Positions 35,644 through 48,906 of a stretch of DNA of 64,000 nt are shown here, one piece after another. Both the position numbers and the translations under genes were made by a program. Below the pieces are notes generated by a model that saw only the letters and a program-made list of their open reading frames with translations, ran no database searches and was not told the origin of the DNA. Every line of letters starts with the position of its first letter. The stretch's first letter is position 1. This DNA is from Octopus sinensis. Taxonomy: Eukaryota. Location: NCBI RefSeq assembly GCF_006345805.1, contig NC_043025.1, positions 11,284,001 to 11,348,000 of the forward strand, in the 5' to 3' direction.

Positions 35644-37893
35644 TTACATTCAGTATTTTTTTTTATTCTTTTATTTGTTTCAGTCATTGGACTGTGGCCA
35701 TGCTACAGCATCACCTTGAAATGTTTTGTCGATCAAATTAACCTCGGTATTTTTTGTATTTTTTAAAGTCTGGTACTTATTCTATCAGTCTCTTTCTGCT
35801 GAACTGCTAAGTTATGGGGGATGTAAAGAAACCAATACTAATTGGGCAGAAAGTAAGAGACAGGTACATACACAGGTATAATATACACTCACCCTGAATG
35901 TTTGGGAAAAAGCTGACAATTTTTTACATTTCCTTTATTGAGGAACAGCTTGGCGGATTGGGGGACAGTCAATGGCGTTGGAGAGCATACTCTCTTTTAC
36001 GTGTTTCAGTCATTTGACTGTGGCCATGCTGGAGCACCACCTTTTAGTCGAGCAAATCAACCCCAGGACTTATTCTTTGCAAGCCTAGTACTCATTCTAT
36101 CGGTCTCTTTTGCCGAACCGCTAAGTTACGGGGATGTAAACACACCAGCATCAGTTGTCAAGCGATACTGGGGGGACAAACACAGACACACAAATGTATA
36201 CATATGCATACATACAACGGGCTTCTTCCAGTTTCCGTCTACCAAATTCACTCACAAGGCATTGGTCGGCCCGGGGCTATAGCGGAAGACACTTGCCCAA
36301 GATGCCACGCAGTGGGACTGAACCCGGAGCCATGTGGTTGGGAAGCAAGCTACTTATCACACAGTCACTCCTGCGCCTATGCTCTGTGTTTCTTTCAATT
36401 AATTTTAAATATAACAAAGAATTTAGTAAAATAACTTCGTTATCATTCAGCTAGTGTTAGGAACATGAATTGTGACTAAGGTTTGGTGGAAGATTTTAAT
36501 TCAGAACTTTTGATAACAAGACATTTGTATTAGAGAGCTAGAGGCAGTTTCAGGCGGGTTGTTATCGAAAGGGTTAATAATAACAATGATTTCAAATTTT
36601 GGTACAGGGCCAGCTATTTCAGGAGTGGGGGCAAGTCAATTACATCGACCTATCTTGAAGTGGTACTTATTTTATCGACCCTGAAAGGACGTAAGGCAAA
36701 GCCGACCTCAGTGGAATATCAAACAGGTTGGTCGGACATTTATCTGTTAAATTTATCAAATCTAACCCAGCCTCCCACTATTCTTGCGTGGTACTTTTAT
36801 GAGTGTACACTGGGGGGAATGATAAGCAATGTTGAGCTTTGCAGGATTTGAACTTAGAACATAAAGCGCTGTAACTAATTCTCCGAAGCTTTATTCTGAT
36901 TCTGCCACATCAAAATTCTGCTAAGCATTTTGTCTGGCGTGCTAACAACTCTGACAATTTGCCACCTAAATAATAATAATAATAATAATTTTTTTTTTAT
37001 TTCATTACTACCCACAAGGGGCTAAACACAGAGGGGACAAACTAGGACAGACAAACGGATTAAGTCAATTATATCGACCCCTGTGCGTAACTGGTACTTA
37101 ATTTATCGGCCCCGAGAGGATGAAAGGCAAAGTCGACCTCGGCGGAATTTGAACTCAGAACGTAGCGGCAGACGAAATACCTATTTCTTTACTACCCACA
37201 AGGGGCTAAACACAGATGGGACAAACAAGGACAGACAAAGGGATTAAGTCGATTATATCGACTCCAGTGTGTAACTGGTACTTAATTTATCGACCCTGAG
37301 AGGATGAAAGGCAAAGTCGACCTTGGCGGAATTTGAACTCGGAACGTAACGACAGACGAAATATGGCTAAGCATTTCGCTCGGCGTGCTAACGTTTCTGC
37401 CAGCTAATGGTTTCAAATCTTGGCACAGAGCCAGCAATTTTGGGGAAGGGCCTAAGTTGATTGCATCGACCTCGGTGATCAACAGGTACTTATTCTATTG
37501 ACCCCGTAAAGGATGGAAGGCAACGCTGATCCAAGCAGCATTTGAACTCAAAGCTTAACAGTATTTTGTACGTCGTTCTAACAACTCTGGCAGTTTATCA
37601 TAATAATAATAATAATAATAATAATAACTTAAAAATTTGAAAATAGAATTATTACAAAATAAATTTAAATAAATACAATAAATTGATGACTGAAGTGTTG
37701 CTGGTGAGTGATGGTGATTGTTAATTAATAAATATATATAAGAGATGATGACGATGATGATGAGGGTTATTTCAACAGTCATTATACACAATGTTGTTGT
37801 TAGAAAGATGGGGATTGTGATGATGGTGTGGGTGCTGCTGGTCATGTTGGAAGGTAACAAGGTGCAAATTCTAACGAGATTTGGCAGAGGTAG

Positions 37894-37926
<33 letters not shown>

Positions 37927-37939
37927 CATATTCATTTGT

Positions 37940-38300
37940 AAATGCTCTCACAAATATGGATATGTGTGTGTATGCTTCTTTACAAATGTGTGTGTGTGCA
38001 TTTATGAATGAATGTGTGTACACTTGTTTACAAATGTGTATGTATATGTGCTTACAAATGTGTATGTGTGTGTGTATATCTGTGTATGCTTGCTTACAAA
38101 TGCATGTGTTTGGGTATGGATATGTGTGTATACTTGTTTACAAATGTGTGTGTGTTTGTGTATATCTGTGTATGCTTGTTGACAAATGTGTATGCGTATG
38201 AATATGACCTTACAAATGGATATGTGTATGTGTGCGTGTTCACAAATGTTTGCATGAGTAGAAGGCATCAGATAGCATGTGTATGAGTATGTGTAGAAAC
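37940..38300. repeat. Degenerate minisatellite built on TTACAAATG(TG)n
   Basis: About nine recurrences of TACAAATG-like anchors separated by TG/TA runs. Confidence 0.75.
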
Positions 38301-38717
38301 GCAAGTGTTAACAGATGTGTGTGTACATGTATGAAAATGTGTGTAGCGAGCAATAATGTGTGGAAGAGAATGATAACGATGATGCGTGAGAATAATTAGT
38401 TAAGCTGGCAGATAGTGACCAGAAGCTATTGATGATGATGATGATGATGACGATGATGTTGATGATGATGATTACAGTGATAATTGGCATTACCAGATGC
38501 AGGATGTGTCAATAATAAGAGACAAGCAGTTGTATAATGTCTGTGCGTCCTGAGTTGGTCAGAAGGAAAAGTGTCAGAAACTTTGGCGGGGTTTCTGACA
38601 TGCAGGACGGCCAGTCCAGTGCACAGAGAAGCCTGGGGACAGGTCCCCTCCCCTGTATTTCTGTTGTTCTCTAGAAACAGTCCTTGTGTTGGTGATCCCA
38701 TGCAATAATTTCTTTTT

Positions 38718-40802
38718 TCATTCATATTCATCATACGGGTCGTCGTATTCCGGGTATCCCTCTTGGCTGCCGTGCCCCAACAGTTGAGCTGCGCTCATGT
38801 GCTCCATCTCTTCCTCTTCTTCCTCCTCCTCCTCCTCTTCTGCCGTTGTCGCTGCATACTGGACCGGTCCGCTCTCGTACTGCACGGGGCCCGTCTCCAC
38901 CACGACGTTGTCTTCCTCGACGCTGCCCTTGCCCGTGTCCGCATTCGTGACCTGAGACAAAATCTTGACCTTTTTGCCCCTTGGCGGACCGACTGGGCCA
39001 GCATCGACCTCCGAATGACTCCTTAGATCACCGTTGCTGCTGATCAGGCTTCCGGGCCGTTTCAACCGCAGTGACGTTATGCTGTCGTTCTTGGTCAAGA
39101 CGGCTGGTGAGGCCGATACTGGAGAGGCAGGGGTCTGTTTGTCGATCGGCTGACATAAGTCCTTCAGAACTTCATAATTAATTTTACTGGATATTTTTTT
39201 CTCCTGTAACATTGTCCGAATTGCTTCCCCCGCTGTGCTTGCTTGGACGTGGGACTTCCGTTTGTAGGTTTTCTTCTTTTTCTTCTCCGGTTTCGATGCC
39301 GCTTCTTCTTTCTCCTTTGCCTCGTGGGCTTCCTTCAGTTTCTGCTCCATCAAATAGTCTGCGTTTGCCTCCATCCAGATCTTCGTCTTGATGCGGACTT
39401 CATTCTCGTTCAGCAGAAATCTCTCCAACTCTTCATCATCGATGTCGGTCAAATCCAACTCACCGTCACCGTCAGTCGCGTCCTCAAAGTCTTCCGTGAG
39501 ACATTCTGCCACACAATCTCGAATACCAAGACTTGCAGCTGTTGGGGCAGGGCCTTTGAAGTCAGGGAGCACAAGTTGGCATAACTTATCCTCAACGTTT
39601 TTCGTCATAGCATCTTGACTCCCGCTGTCTTCTAGCTCCCTCGGCATCTCATTTTCCGATTCAAACATGGCCTTCTTTTCCGGACAGATGGACTCCTGTA
39701 TTTCTGAGCAGAGATCATTTAGACTGTCGTTAATTTCGGAGGCGATGCTGTCAGCGTCATCACATACTTTCGAATAGGAAGCAAAAATGCCCCTCGGTTT
39801 CCGTGCTTCAAGAGCTTTTTCAATTTCCTTCTGGATGTTAGTAACTTCGAAAGTTAATTCATTCAACTTACATTTGTCGTCCAGCTTGTTTTGCTCCACT
39901 TTCCGCTTTTTGCTGCCGGCACTGAAGGACGGTGGGTCCATTTCCTGCTCAAGGTCGATCTTAGAGAATTCCTCGATGGTCAGCTGACTAGAAGGGGTCA
40001 CTTCGAACTCGTTTAGTCGTTTCCGGATAGTCGATTCACAAACCTTTACTACATGTATCAGGTTTTTCACCGTTCGATTAAAGCCATAAATCCGACAGGC
40101 AACCAAAAGGGCCGCACCACACAGACCCGATGGTCGTCGCCCAGTATGCATCCAGTCTCTCTTCATTCGCTGCACCAGACGTAACGCCGTCATAGACACG
40201 TCGTGCTCCTTGTCCCCCAACTGGAGTTTGTGTGCGAAACGTGCAATGTAAAGACAGGGATCAATGGCAGGGGCCACAATACATAACTCACGTGCCAGCT
40301 GGTTGTAGACTTTGCCCAGGACATACACGTTGGTCTGCAGGACGTCGCTGAAGTCGAGCAACATGTGTGGCGTACCCTCTGTCCGACACACCAAATACAA
40401 ACACGCTGCGATAACGTGTAGCGATTTCCGTCCGCGTGTCAGCCTCTTCACCACTGCCATCTTGAAGAAGTTCACGGCTGTGTCCATGCAGTGTTGGTTC
40501 ATGTGGAGCTGTGCACCCAATTGCTGGATTTTGCGTCGGCCGTTTTCCAAAGTGATCGCCCTCGACTCCTTGCCGACTCCCACGTGGAAATTTCCTCCCA
40601 TGGAGTGGCTGCGGGACTCGTCGGAAGACACAAACTGCCCGATGATGCTGGAACCTCCCCCGGCATGTTCGGCGAACTGGACTTCGGAGACGATGATCTG
40701 ATCGTCCAGCACAGAACCACATTTCGTACACACGGCATCGCCTCGGGCCGGATCGTAGTCGATCTCGCTACAACCACAATGAGAACAAACTGCATTCGGC
40801 AT
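38718..40802 (-). CDS. BRF1: Transcription factor IIIB 90 kDa subunit BRF1, single coding exon
   Basis: 694-aa uninterrupted ORF: N-terminal Zn ribbon (CSHCG...CTKCG), two cyclin folds (GRRPSGLCGAALLVA) and C-terminal BRF1 homology blocks (DGELDLTDIDDEEL; ASTAGEAIRTMLQEKKISSKINYEVL). Confidence 0.96.
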   Translation of the reverse strand: MPNAVCSHCGCSEIDYDPARGDAVCTKCGSVLDDQIIVSEVQFAEHAGGGSSIIGQFVSSDESRSHSMGGNFHVGVGKESRAITLENGRRKIQQLGAQLHMNQHCMDTAVNFFKMAVVKRLTRGRKSLHVIAACLYLVCRTEGTPHMLLDFSDVLQTNVYVLGKVYNQLARELCIVAPAIDPCLYIARFAHKLQLGDKEHDVSMTALRLVQRMKRDWMHTGRRPSGLCGAALLVACRIYGFNRTVKNLIHVVKVCESTIRKRLNEFEVTPSSQLTIEEFSKIDLEQEMDPPSFSAGSKKRKVEQNKLDDKCKLNELTFEVTNIQKEIEKALEARKPRGIFASYSKVCDDADSIASEINDSLNDLCSEIQESICPEKKAMFESENEMPRELEDSGSQDAMTKNVEDKLCQLVLPDFKGPAPTAASLGIRDCVAECLTEDFEDATDGDGELDLTDIDDEELERFLLNENEVRIKTKIWMEANADYLMEQKLKEAHEAKEKEEAASKPEKKKKKTYKRKSHVQASTAGEAIRTMLQEKKISSKINYEVLKDLCQPIDKQTPASPVSASPAVLTKNDSITSLRLKRPGSLISSNGDLRSHSEVDAGPVGPPRGKKVKILSQVTNADTGKGSVEEDNVVVETGPVQYESGPVQYAATTAEEEEEEEEEEEMEHMSAAQLLGHGSQEGYPEYDDPYDEYE

Positions 40803-40930
40803 GTTCTCCTATAGATCTCCGTTTCTGTCGCTTTCTACCGCTGCTGAGCTTCACTGTCCGGCTTTCTCGGCTTCGTTTCTCACACTTTGCGGCTTCACGG
40901 CGTGAGACACCTCACCATTACTGGTGTAAA

Positions 40931-40940
40931 CAGGAAGTGA
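40931..40940 (+). promoter_or_regulatory. ETS-like site (CAGGAAGTGA) in the candidate BRF1/LRWD1 bidirectional promoter
   Basis: Motif lies ~130 bp upstream of the BRF1 ATG in CpG-containing non-repeat DNA. A plus-strand donor-like ACG|gtagca follows at 40979/40980. Confidence 0.4.
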
Positions 40941-41171
40941 CGGTCACAACGAGGCTCGACTTCATCATCCTTATCTACGGTAGCACATAAGTGATATAAT
41001 AGTTTATCATTCGAAACCCGGTATCGTCATGTATGGAACCTACCAAGTGACATAAATAGAATACAGTTGAAAAACCATTACCACAAGACTGTAATTAATT
41101 TTCGCTTGTGACACACATCCGTTAGAGTCTAAATTCTATGCATGCACAAGTAATATTATTCTTATTATATA

Positions 41172-41558
41172 CTAGCAGTATCGCCCGGCGTTGCTCGGGT
41201 TTGTAAGGGAAATAACTATATAAGCATTTTTAGAGAGTTATAGCCAAAAGATATTAAAAAAATGCATTAAAAATGGAAAAAAAATTATGGTAAATTTTTT
41301 TTTAAATCGTTGACTCATCGTAGACATTTTTAGAGAGTTACTTCCCTTATATAATAGCGAAAAAATGCATTAAAATGGAAAAAAATGATGGTAAATTATT
41401 TTTAAAATCGTAGACGCGCGCTAATACCCAGAAGGGCTCGATATGAATCACGACTATAAGATATCCGCTTCTGGTTACACTGCACCGCGAAATGTGGGAG
41501 TAGTTAGGAATCTAAATCGTAGGAGACAGACACACAACTTCACTTTTATATATAAAGA
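41172..41558 (-). mobile_element. Non-autonomous Helitron between BRF1 and LRWD1
   Basis: Reverse complement of the 23861-24232 type, with CTAG at 41172-41175. Confidence 0.82.
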
Positions 41559-41955
41559 TATATAGTGTACATTTAAGCGCATAAGAGGTATCCATCATAG
41601 GAATCCTGGCACGCTAGAAAGAACAGCCAAAATCCAAACCGCTATTAGGGGATAAAAACTTCGAAGGGAATGAAAAATAAAAACAAATCTAAAAAAACAG
41701 TAAGCCGAAATAGATAATTTCCGACGCTAATGTAAATGATTATCTAATGTTTTTTCTTTCCTTTTCTGTTCAGGACGCGCAGGCGTAAACATTAATAACG
41801 CGGGAAAATCGAAGAGGAAGCACATGTCCATGTCAGCGGAAGCCGTCAACGTTGTCTACGCTTCTTCATCTCTTATTAATTGGATACTGATTTCATTCAT
41901 TTACAGACTTCTTTCTTTCTCTCCCTAATTCCATAGACCTATCATCTACATATAC

Positions 41956-41986
<31 letters not shown>

Positions 41987-42194
41987 TATATGTATGTAAA
42001 TACACATAGATGAATGGGATTAGACCAGGAAGAACACGTAAAAATTGTTGGTGGTCGCTGTTGTCGATAGTAAATTAGTTCATTGAAAAAAATTGGATAA
42101 ATTTAATAAACTTTACTATAGCATCAAACCCTTCGCCATTTCTTCTGGGACTGACAAAAAGATTGAGAAGTTGGGTGTTGATAATCGTTATACC

Positions 42195-42938
42195 ATGGCA
42201 GAAAGGACCAAACGTTCGATTAAACCGAAGCAATTTCACGGAGAGGTGTTGAGCTATTCTGTCAATATCCGACGCAATATGGAATCGGAAAATAGCAAGC
42301 GTGTGGTGAAGAGAAAACACTTTTTTGACGAGCTTTACCAAGGTTTTAGCCCAACAGCTGCAGCGAAATCTTCGCCTTTGTTCTCTTCGTCACAGCAGAA
42401 AAGGCATAAGGGGAACACCTGTTCGGATTATCGAGGGTCGAAGACGAAGAACGAGGATGACAAACCAGATAATAACAACAGCAGCAAGAAATCAAAAGCG
42501 TCCAAAACCTCTGAATACTCCAACATCAGGAACGACGAAAAATCGAACCCCCAAAATCGAATCTATGAAAGGCTCCAGAATTTACAGCTGCAGAAATCTC
42601 CGGCCGTGCCTGACATGGACCCGGCTTTCTTCCTTCGTTGTCATTCCGATAGTAACCGACCCGATGACGACGGTAACAAGGTTTGGATGTGTCGGTTCGA
42701 ACCTCGGCTGAAGGATCCTGCTCGCTCCGGTCGGAGCGGCCAATTGATCGCCTCGTGTGGCGGCAAAATCATCTGTCTCGTGGACTCTGGCTCCGGCCGA
42801 GTGATGATGCGATACAAGGACAGTGACAAAGATGAGAATTTCTATGCCATGGCCTGGACAACCTTGGAGATCGCCGGCGACAAAAACAGGGACCCACAAC
42901 TCACCAACATACTCGCTGTAGCCGGGGAAGGACGACGG
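42195..42938 (+). CDS. LRWD1: LRWD1/ORCA-like WD40 protein, coding exon 1
   Basis: From accATGg at 42195: a basic/Ser-rich N-terminus, then FFLRCHSDSN...VWMCRFEP...IASCGGKIICLVD...ENFYAMAWT...LAVAGEG, matching LRWD1 HFLQCHSKNN...LWACAFEP...VATCGGEAVCVID. Donor CGG|gtaaga. The start codon is uncertain. Confidence 0.85.
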
Positions 42939-43631
42939 GTAAGATACTCTTTTTCTCTTTTACTTGTTTCAGTCATTTGACTGCGGCCATGCTGGAGCAC
43001 CGCCTTTAGTCGAGCAACTCGACCCCGGGACTTATTCTTTTTTGTAAGCCCAGTACTTATTCTATCGGTCTCTTTTTGCCGAACCGCTAAGTGACGGGGA
43101 TGTAAACACACCAGCATCGGTTGTCAAGCAATGCTAGGGGGACAAACACAGACACACATATATATATATGCGACTGGCTTCTTTCAGTTTCCGTCTACCA
43201 AATCCACTCACAAGGCATTGGTCGGCCCGGGGCTATAGCAGAAGACACTTGCCCAAGGTGCCAAGCAGTGGGACTGAACCCGGAACCATGTGGTTTGTAA
43301 GCAAGCTACTTACCATTGCTTCTATAATAATAATAATAATACCTATTTCTTTACTACCCACAAGGGGCTAAACACAGAGGGGACAAACAAGGACAGACAA
43401 ACGGATTAAGTCGATTATATCGACCCCAGTGCGTAACTGGTACTTTATTTATCGACCCCGAAAGGATGAAAGGTAAAGTCGACCTCGGCAGAATTTGAAC
43501 TCGGGGATCCAAGATCGCCATAACAACGAGGACGGAAAATGATACCTGTGATTATATTGTCTCTGTTATATGTCTGTTTGTCGCTGGTTACTTTCAATGG
43601 CATCAGTCCCGGTATAAATGGGTACTACTTA

Positions 43632-44406
43632 AGAAGAATGGTCCCGGTGCGCGCACTCGCGCATCCGCGCTAGCTAGCTAGTGACTAGTCGATCCTTTGT
43701 GTTTTGTTTTACTCTTTTACTTGTTTCAGTCATTTGACTGCGGCCATGCTGGAGCACCGCCTTTTAGTCGAGCAAATCGACCCCCAGGACTTATTCTTTG
43801 TAAGCCTAGTACTTATTTTATCGGTCTCTCTTTTGCCGAACCGCTAAGTGACGGGGACGTAAACACACCAGCATCGGTTGTCAAGCGATGTTGGGGGGAC
43901 AAACACAGACACACAAGATATACACACACATAAACATATATATACATATATATGACAGGCTTCTTCCAGTTTCCGTCTCCCAAATCCACTCACAAGGCAT
44001 TGGTCGGCCCGGGGCTATAGCAGAAGACACTTGCCCAAGATGCCACGCAGTGGGACTGAACCCGGAACCATGTGGTTGGTAAGCAAGCTACTTACCACAC
44101 AGCCACTCCTGCATATATATACATATATATGACAGGCTTCTTCCAGTTTCCGTCTCCCAAATCCACTCACAAGGCATTGGTCGGCCCGGGGCTATAGCAG
44201 AAGACACTTGCCCAAGATGCCACGCAGTGGGACTGAACCCGGAACCATGTGGTTGGTTAGCAAGCTACTTACCACACAGCCACTCCTGCATTTACTTTGT
44301 TTTAAAAAATTATTTATTTTGTTTTATTTACTTTGCTAGGTAGTCGTTGTAGGATCGACTAGTCACAACTAGCTTGCGCGAGTGCGCGCACCGAGTCCAC
44401 TCTTCT
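43632..44406. mobile_element. TA-flanked MITE with CpG-rich ~60-bp TIRs and nested SINE pieces
   Basis: TA|AGAAGAATGG..CGGTGCGCGCACTCGCGCA..GACTAGTCGATCCT, inverted at 44351-44406|TA. Confidence 0.7.
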
Positions 44407-45959
44407 TATATATACACACACACACACACATGCACCTTGGGCAACAGTCTTCTTGTATTTGGTAGACAGAAACTGAAAGAAGCCTGTCATATATATGTTT
44501 GTGTGTCTGTGTTTGTGTCCCCAACATCGCTTGACAACCGATGCTGGTGTGTTTACGTCCCCGTAACTTAGCAGTTCGTCAAAAGAGTCCGATAGAATAT
44601 GTACCAGGCTTCCAGAAATTAAGTCCTAGGGTCGATTTGCTCGATTAAAGGCGGTGCTCCAGCATGGCCACAGTCAAATGACTGAAACAAGTAAAAGAGA
44701 GTAGAGTATACATAATATAAATTAGAGAAAAAACCCTATTATGCAATTCAAACAATGATAGACATAAACCAAATCATATTGTGAAATTTGATTTAATACT
44801 AAATTGAATTTTTCCCTGCAAGTTTGGAGTTATACTCCCTAATATTATTATTATTATTATTGAGTGAGGGAGCAGAGCATACCATCAAAGTGACACAGGT
44901 AAAATATACGAAGCCCAATATATCCATCATGACTACCCGTCTGATAAGGGCACACCAGGCTCATGCATCACAAGCATATGTGCATGACATGGTGATCTCA
45001 TAACAAGATAAACAGAATATGACCTTGCGGGTGGGGCCCAGTTAGAATTTTCTTTTGGTCGGGTAACCCATCTCACTCAAAAGGTCCCTGATTAAGGGTT
45101 GTTTAAGGATGTTGAATGAAACACCCATGTTTCCAGAGGTGAGTTATTCAAACCCTAAAAGAATCCCTCTCAACACATGGCTACGATGCTCCCCCACTAC
45201 TTCTACTCATGATCAGAGATGCACATATCATCAGTCACTAAGGGACATGCACAACTGATTACGGTCAAACAACTGACAAGCAAATCTGTGGTATTGAGCA
45301 GAATATTTGCTGTAGCCCATCTTTTATACCATTCATCATCATCATCGTTTAACGTCCGTTCTCCATGCTAGCATGGGTTGGACGGTTCAACCGGGGATCT
45401 GGGAAGCCAGAAGGCTGCACCAGGCTCCGGTCTTATCTGGCAAAGTTTCTACAGCTGGATGCCCTTCCTAACGCCAACCACTCTGTGAGTGTAGTGGGTG
45501 CTTTTTACATGCCACCTGCACTGGTGCCAGGCGAGGCTGGCATCGGCCATGGTCGGATTGGTGCATTTTACCTGCCACCTGCACGGAAGCCAGTCGAGGC
45601 GGCACTGGCTTCGGCCACGATTCGGATGGTGCTTTTTACGTGCCACCGACACGGAAGCCAGTCGGGGCGGCGCTGGCATCGGCCACGATTCGGATAGTGC
45701 ATTTTACGTATCTCCAGTCCAGGGGTCCTGGCATCTGCCGGGTGCCAGTCATAGGATTGGTTCAATTTCGATTTCGATTTCACTTGCCCCAACAGGTCTT
45801 CGCAAGCAAAGTGGGGCTGGCATAGGTGCCTGTCGTCGGGTGAGGTTCTATATCGACTTCGCTTGCCTCAACAGGTCTTTGTGTGTCCAAGGGAGGAAAG
45901 GCATGCATAAGTGGGCTGGACTCACTTGTCCTGCCTGGTCTTTTCACGCATTATTGTTG

Positions 45960-45993
<34 letters not shown>

Positions 45994-46027
45994 TCTAATT
46001 TTGTTGTATTTTGTTAATCTTGAACAG

Positions 46028-46346
46028 ATCAAACTCCTGCATCCGTCTCAGCTGGTTATTTATGCTAACATCACCGGCCATAAGAAGTGTATCACCTGTT
46101 TACTCTTTCATCCATCACGAGCAACATGGCTGTTCAGTGGTTCCGATGACTGTCGGATCATTTTGTGGGACATTGGCGTTCCCAGTTTCCCGGATTACTC
46201 CACCAAACACCTTCAGTTAATAGTCCTAGAAAGTCCAGCAAATGTCGTCAACATGGTGTATAGTAGAGCCACAAGCTTGTTGTTGGCTGGCACTGAAGAC
46301 GGTTGTTTTGGTTGGAAGTTTAAAGATTCCAGAGCGAACATTTGTG
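46028..46346 (+). CDS. LRWD1: LRWD1-like coding exon 2
   Basis: tgaacag|ATC...G|gtaaga. GHKKCITCLLFHPSRATWLFSGSDDCRIILWDIGVP matches LRWD1 AHKKAIATLCFSP...RIILWDIGVP. Confidence 0.9.
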
Positions 46347-48906
46347 GTAAGACTAATGATGAATTTTTCTATATATTTCTTTGTTTTGTAGTAAAGATTG
46401 TTTGCCAACATAACATAACATGGCAGTCCTGGTTTAGGATGAAAGTTGCTGTAATTTAATCCCAGGAGACATAGTCTCCAGCTGGCTATATGCATGATCT
46501 GTGCCCTTATATTTTCGAACAAAGGAATTTAGCACCCCCACTCAGCTCAAAACAATATCTGTGTATCGCGATTTCTGGCTTGGGCGGTTTGACCAGGGTC
46601 TGGGAAGCCAGGAGGCTGCATCAGGTTCCAGTCTGATCTGGCAGTGTTTCTACAGTTGGATGCCCTTCCGAACGCCAACCACTCCATGAGAGTAGTGGGT
46701 GCTTTTTACCTTACTACCTCCTCCTCCTCATCATCATCGTTTAACGTCCGTTTTCCATGCTAGCATGGGTTGGACGGTTCCACCAGGGTCTGGGAAGCCA
46801 GGAGGCTGCACCAGGCTCCAGTCTGATCTGGCAGTGTTTCTACAGCTGGATGCCCTTCCTAACGCCAACCACTCCGTGAGTGTAGTGAGTGCTTTTTACG
46901 TGCCACTGACACAGGAGCCATAGGAGGCTGGCAGCAGCCACAATCGGTTTGTGCTTTTTACGTGCCACCAGAACAGAAGCCAGTCAAGGCGGCACTGGCA
47001 TCGGCCATGTACGGATGGTCCTTTTTACGTGCCACTGGCACAGGTATCACTACTACTATTTCCATTTAATATTTTAAAAATCTGCAATAGTTGAACCGGG
47101 AAGTAGCAAGGGGTCACTGTATTATGTAGTATGTCATGGTTGCATAATGAAATATTGTGTCCCTACAAGTATTTATGTACAGGGCTTTCAGGAATGTTTA
47201 ATATGTAAAACTGATATATCATCATCATCATCATTTAGCGTCTGCTTTCCATGCTAGCATAGGTTGGATGGTTTGAGTGTGGGTTGGCAAATCAGATGGC
47301 TGCACCAGGCTCCAGTCTGATCTGGCAGTGTTTCTACGGCTGGATGCCCTTCCTGACGCCAGCCACTCCGTGAGTGTAGTGGGTGCTTTTTACGTGCCAC
47401 CTGCACAGGAGCCAGACGGGGCTGGCAAACGGCCACGGTTGGATGGTGCTTTTTACATGCCACCGGCACGGGGGTCAGACAGGGCTGGCAAACGGCCACG
47501 GACGGATGGTGCTTTTTACGCGCCACCGGCCTCCAATAATATTACACTACTATATTTAGTGGCAATGAGTTTATTGATGGTTAATTTGTTGGACGGGTGC
47601 TGATGAAGGGGCAAAAACCCTTGAAATATGGTTTATACGCTGCTCACTTGTCATCTTCTATCTCATTGTTTGTTTACATCAGGCATTTTGGATTTGAAAT
47701 TTAATGTGGTTGGATGGCGCAGGAGTGGCTGTGTGGTAAGTAGCTTGCTTACCAACCACATGGTTCCGGGTTCAGTCCCACTGCGTGACATCTTAGGCAA
47801 GTGGCTTCTGCTATAGCCCCGGGCCGACCAATGCCTTGTGACTGGATTTGGTAGACGGAAACTGAAAGAAGCCTGTCGTATATATGTATATATATGCAGG
47901 AGTGGCTGTGTGGTAAGTAGCTTGCTAACCAACCACATGGTTCCGGGTTCAGTCCCACTGCGTGGCATCTTGGGCAAGTGTCTTCTGCTATAGCCCTGGG
48001 CCGACCAATGCCTTGTGAGTGAATTTGGTAGACGGAAACTGAAAGAAGCCTGTCGTATATATGTATATATATATATAATATATATATATATGTGTGTGTG
48101 TGTATGCTTGTGTGTCTGTGTTTGTCCCCCTAGCATTGCTTGACAACCGATGCTGGTGTGTTTACGTCCCCGTCACTTAGCGGTTCGGCAAAAGAGACCG
48201 ATAGAATAAGTACTGGGCTTACAAAGAATAAGTCCTGGGGGGCGATTTGCTCAACTAAAGGCGGTGCTCCAGCATAGCCACAGTCAAATGACTGAAACAA
48301 GTAAAAGAGTAAACTTAGCGGTTCGGCAAAAGAGACCAATAGAATAAGTACTGGGCTTACAAAGAATAAGTCCCGGAGGTCGAGTTGCTCGAGTAAAGGC
48401 GGTGCTCCAGCATGGCCACAGTCAAATGACTGAAACAAGTAAAAGAGTAAACTTAGCGGTTCGGCAAAAGAGACCGATAGAATAAGTACTGGGCTTACAA
48501 AGAATAAGTCCCGTGGGTCGATTTGCTCGACTAAAGGCGGTGCTCCAGCATGGCCGCAGTCAAATGACTGAAACAAGTAAAAGAGTATGGTAGATAGGGC
48601 TGGCAGAAATAGCAGCAAAATCTCCCTCAAATCACACCCTACTGTCTTATGTATGTTTATATTTAGTCCATTTGCTCGACTAAACGCGGTGCTCCAGCAT
48701 GGCCGCAGTCAAATGCCTGAAACAAGTAAAAGAGAGTAAAGAGTATACTGACTAAGCGGCAAAATCTCCTGAAATGCAGCAAACACGTACTTAACCCATT
48801 TCCCATTTTCCATATCCAATTTCAGTGTTGTTTACATTAGGTGTACCGAGGTATGAAACGTCTTAACAAATCAATGTTGGCTGCAATCTCTGTAGAAAAT
48901 CTTTAA

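Noticed and set aside
38763-40814. Overlapping antisense and alternative-frame ORFs across BRF1, and likewise across the Rho, LRWD1 and ZnF exons
   Set aside because: Expected by-products of GC-rich or repetitive coding sequence. No recognisable domains.
42093-42194. N-terminal extension MDKFNK... given by the ORF track
   Set aside because: It begins at TTG. The first ATG in good context is at 42195.
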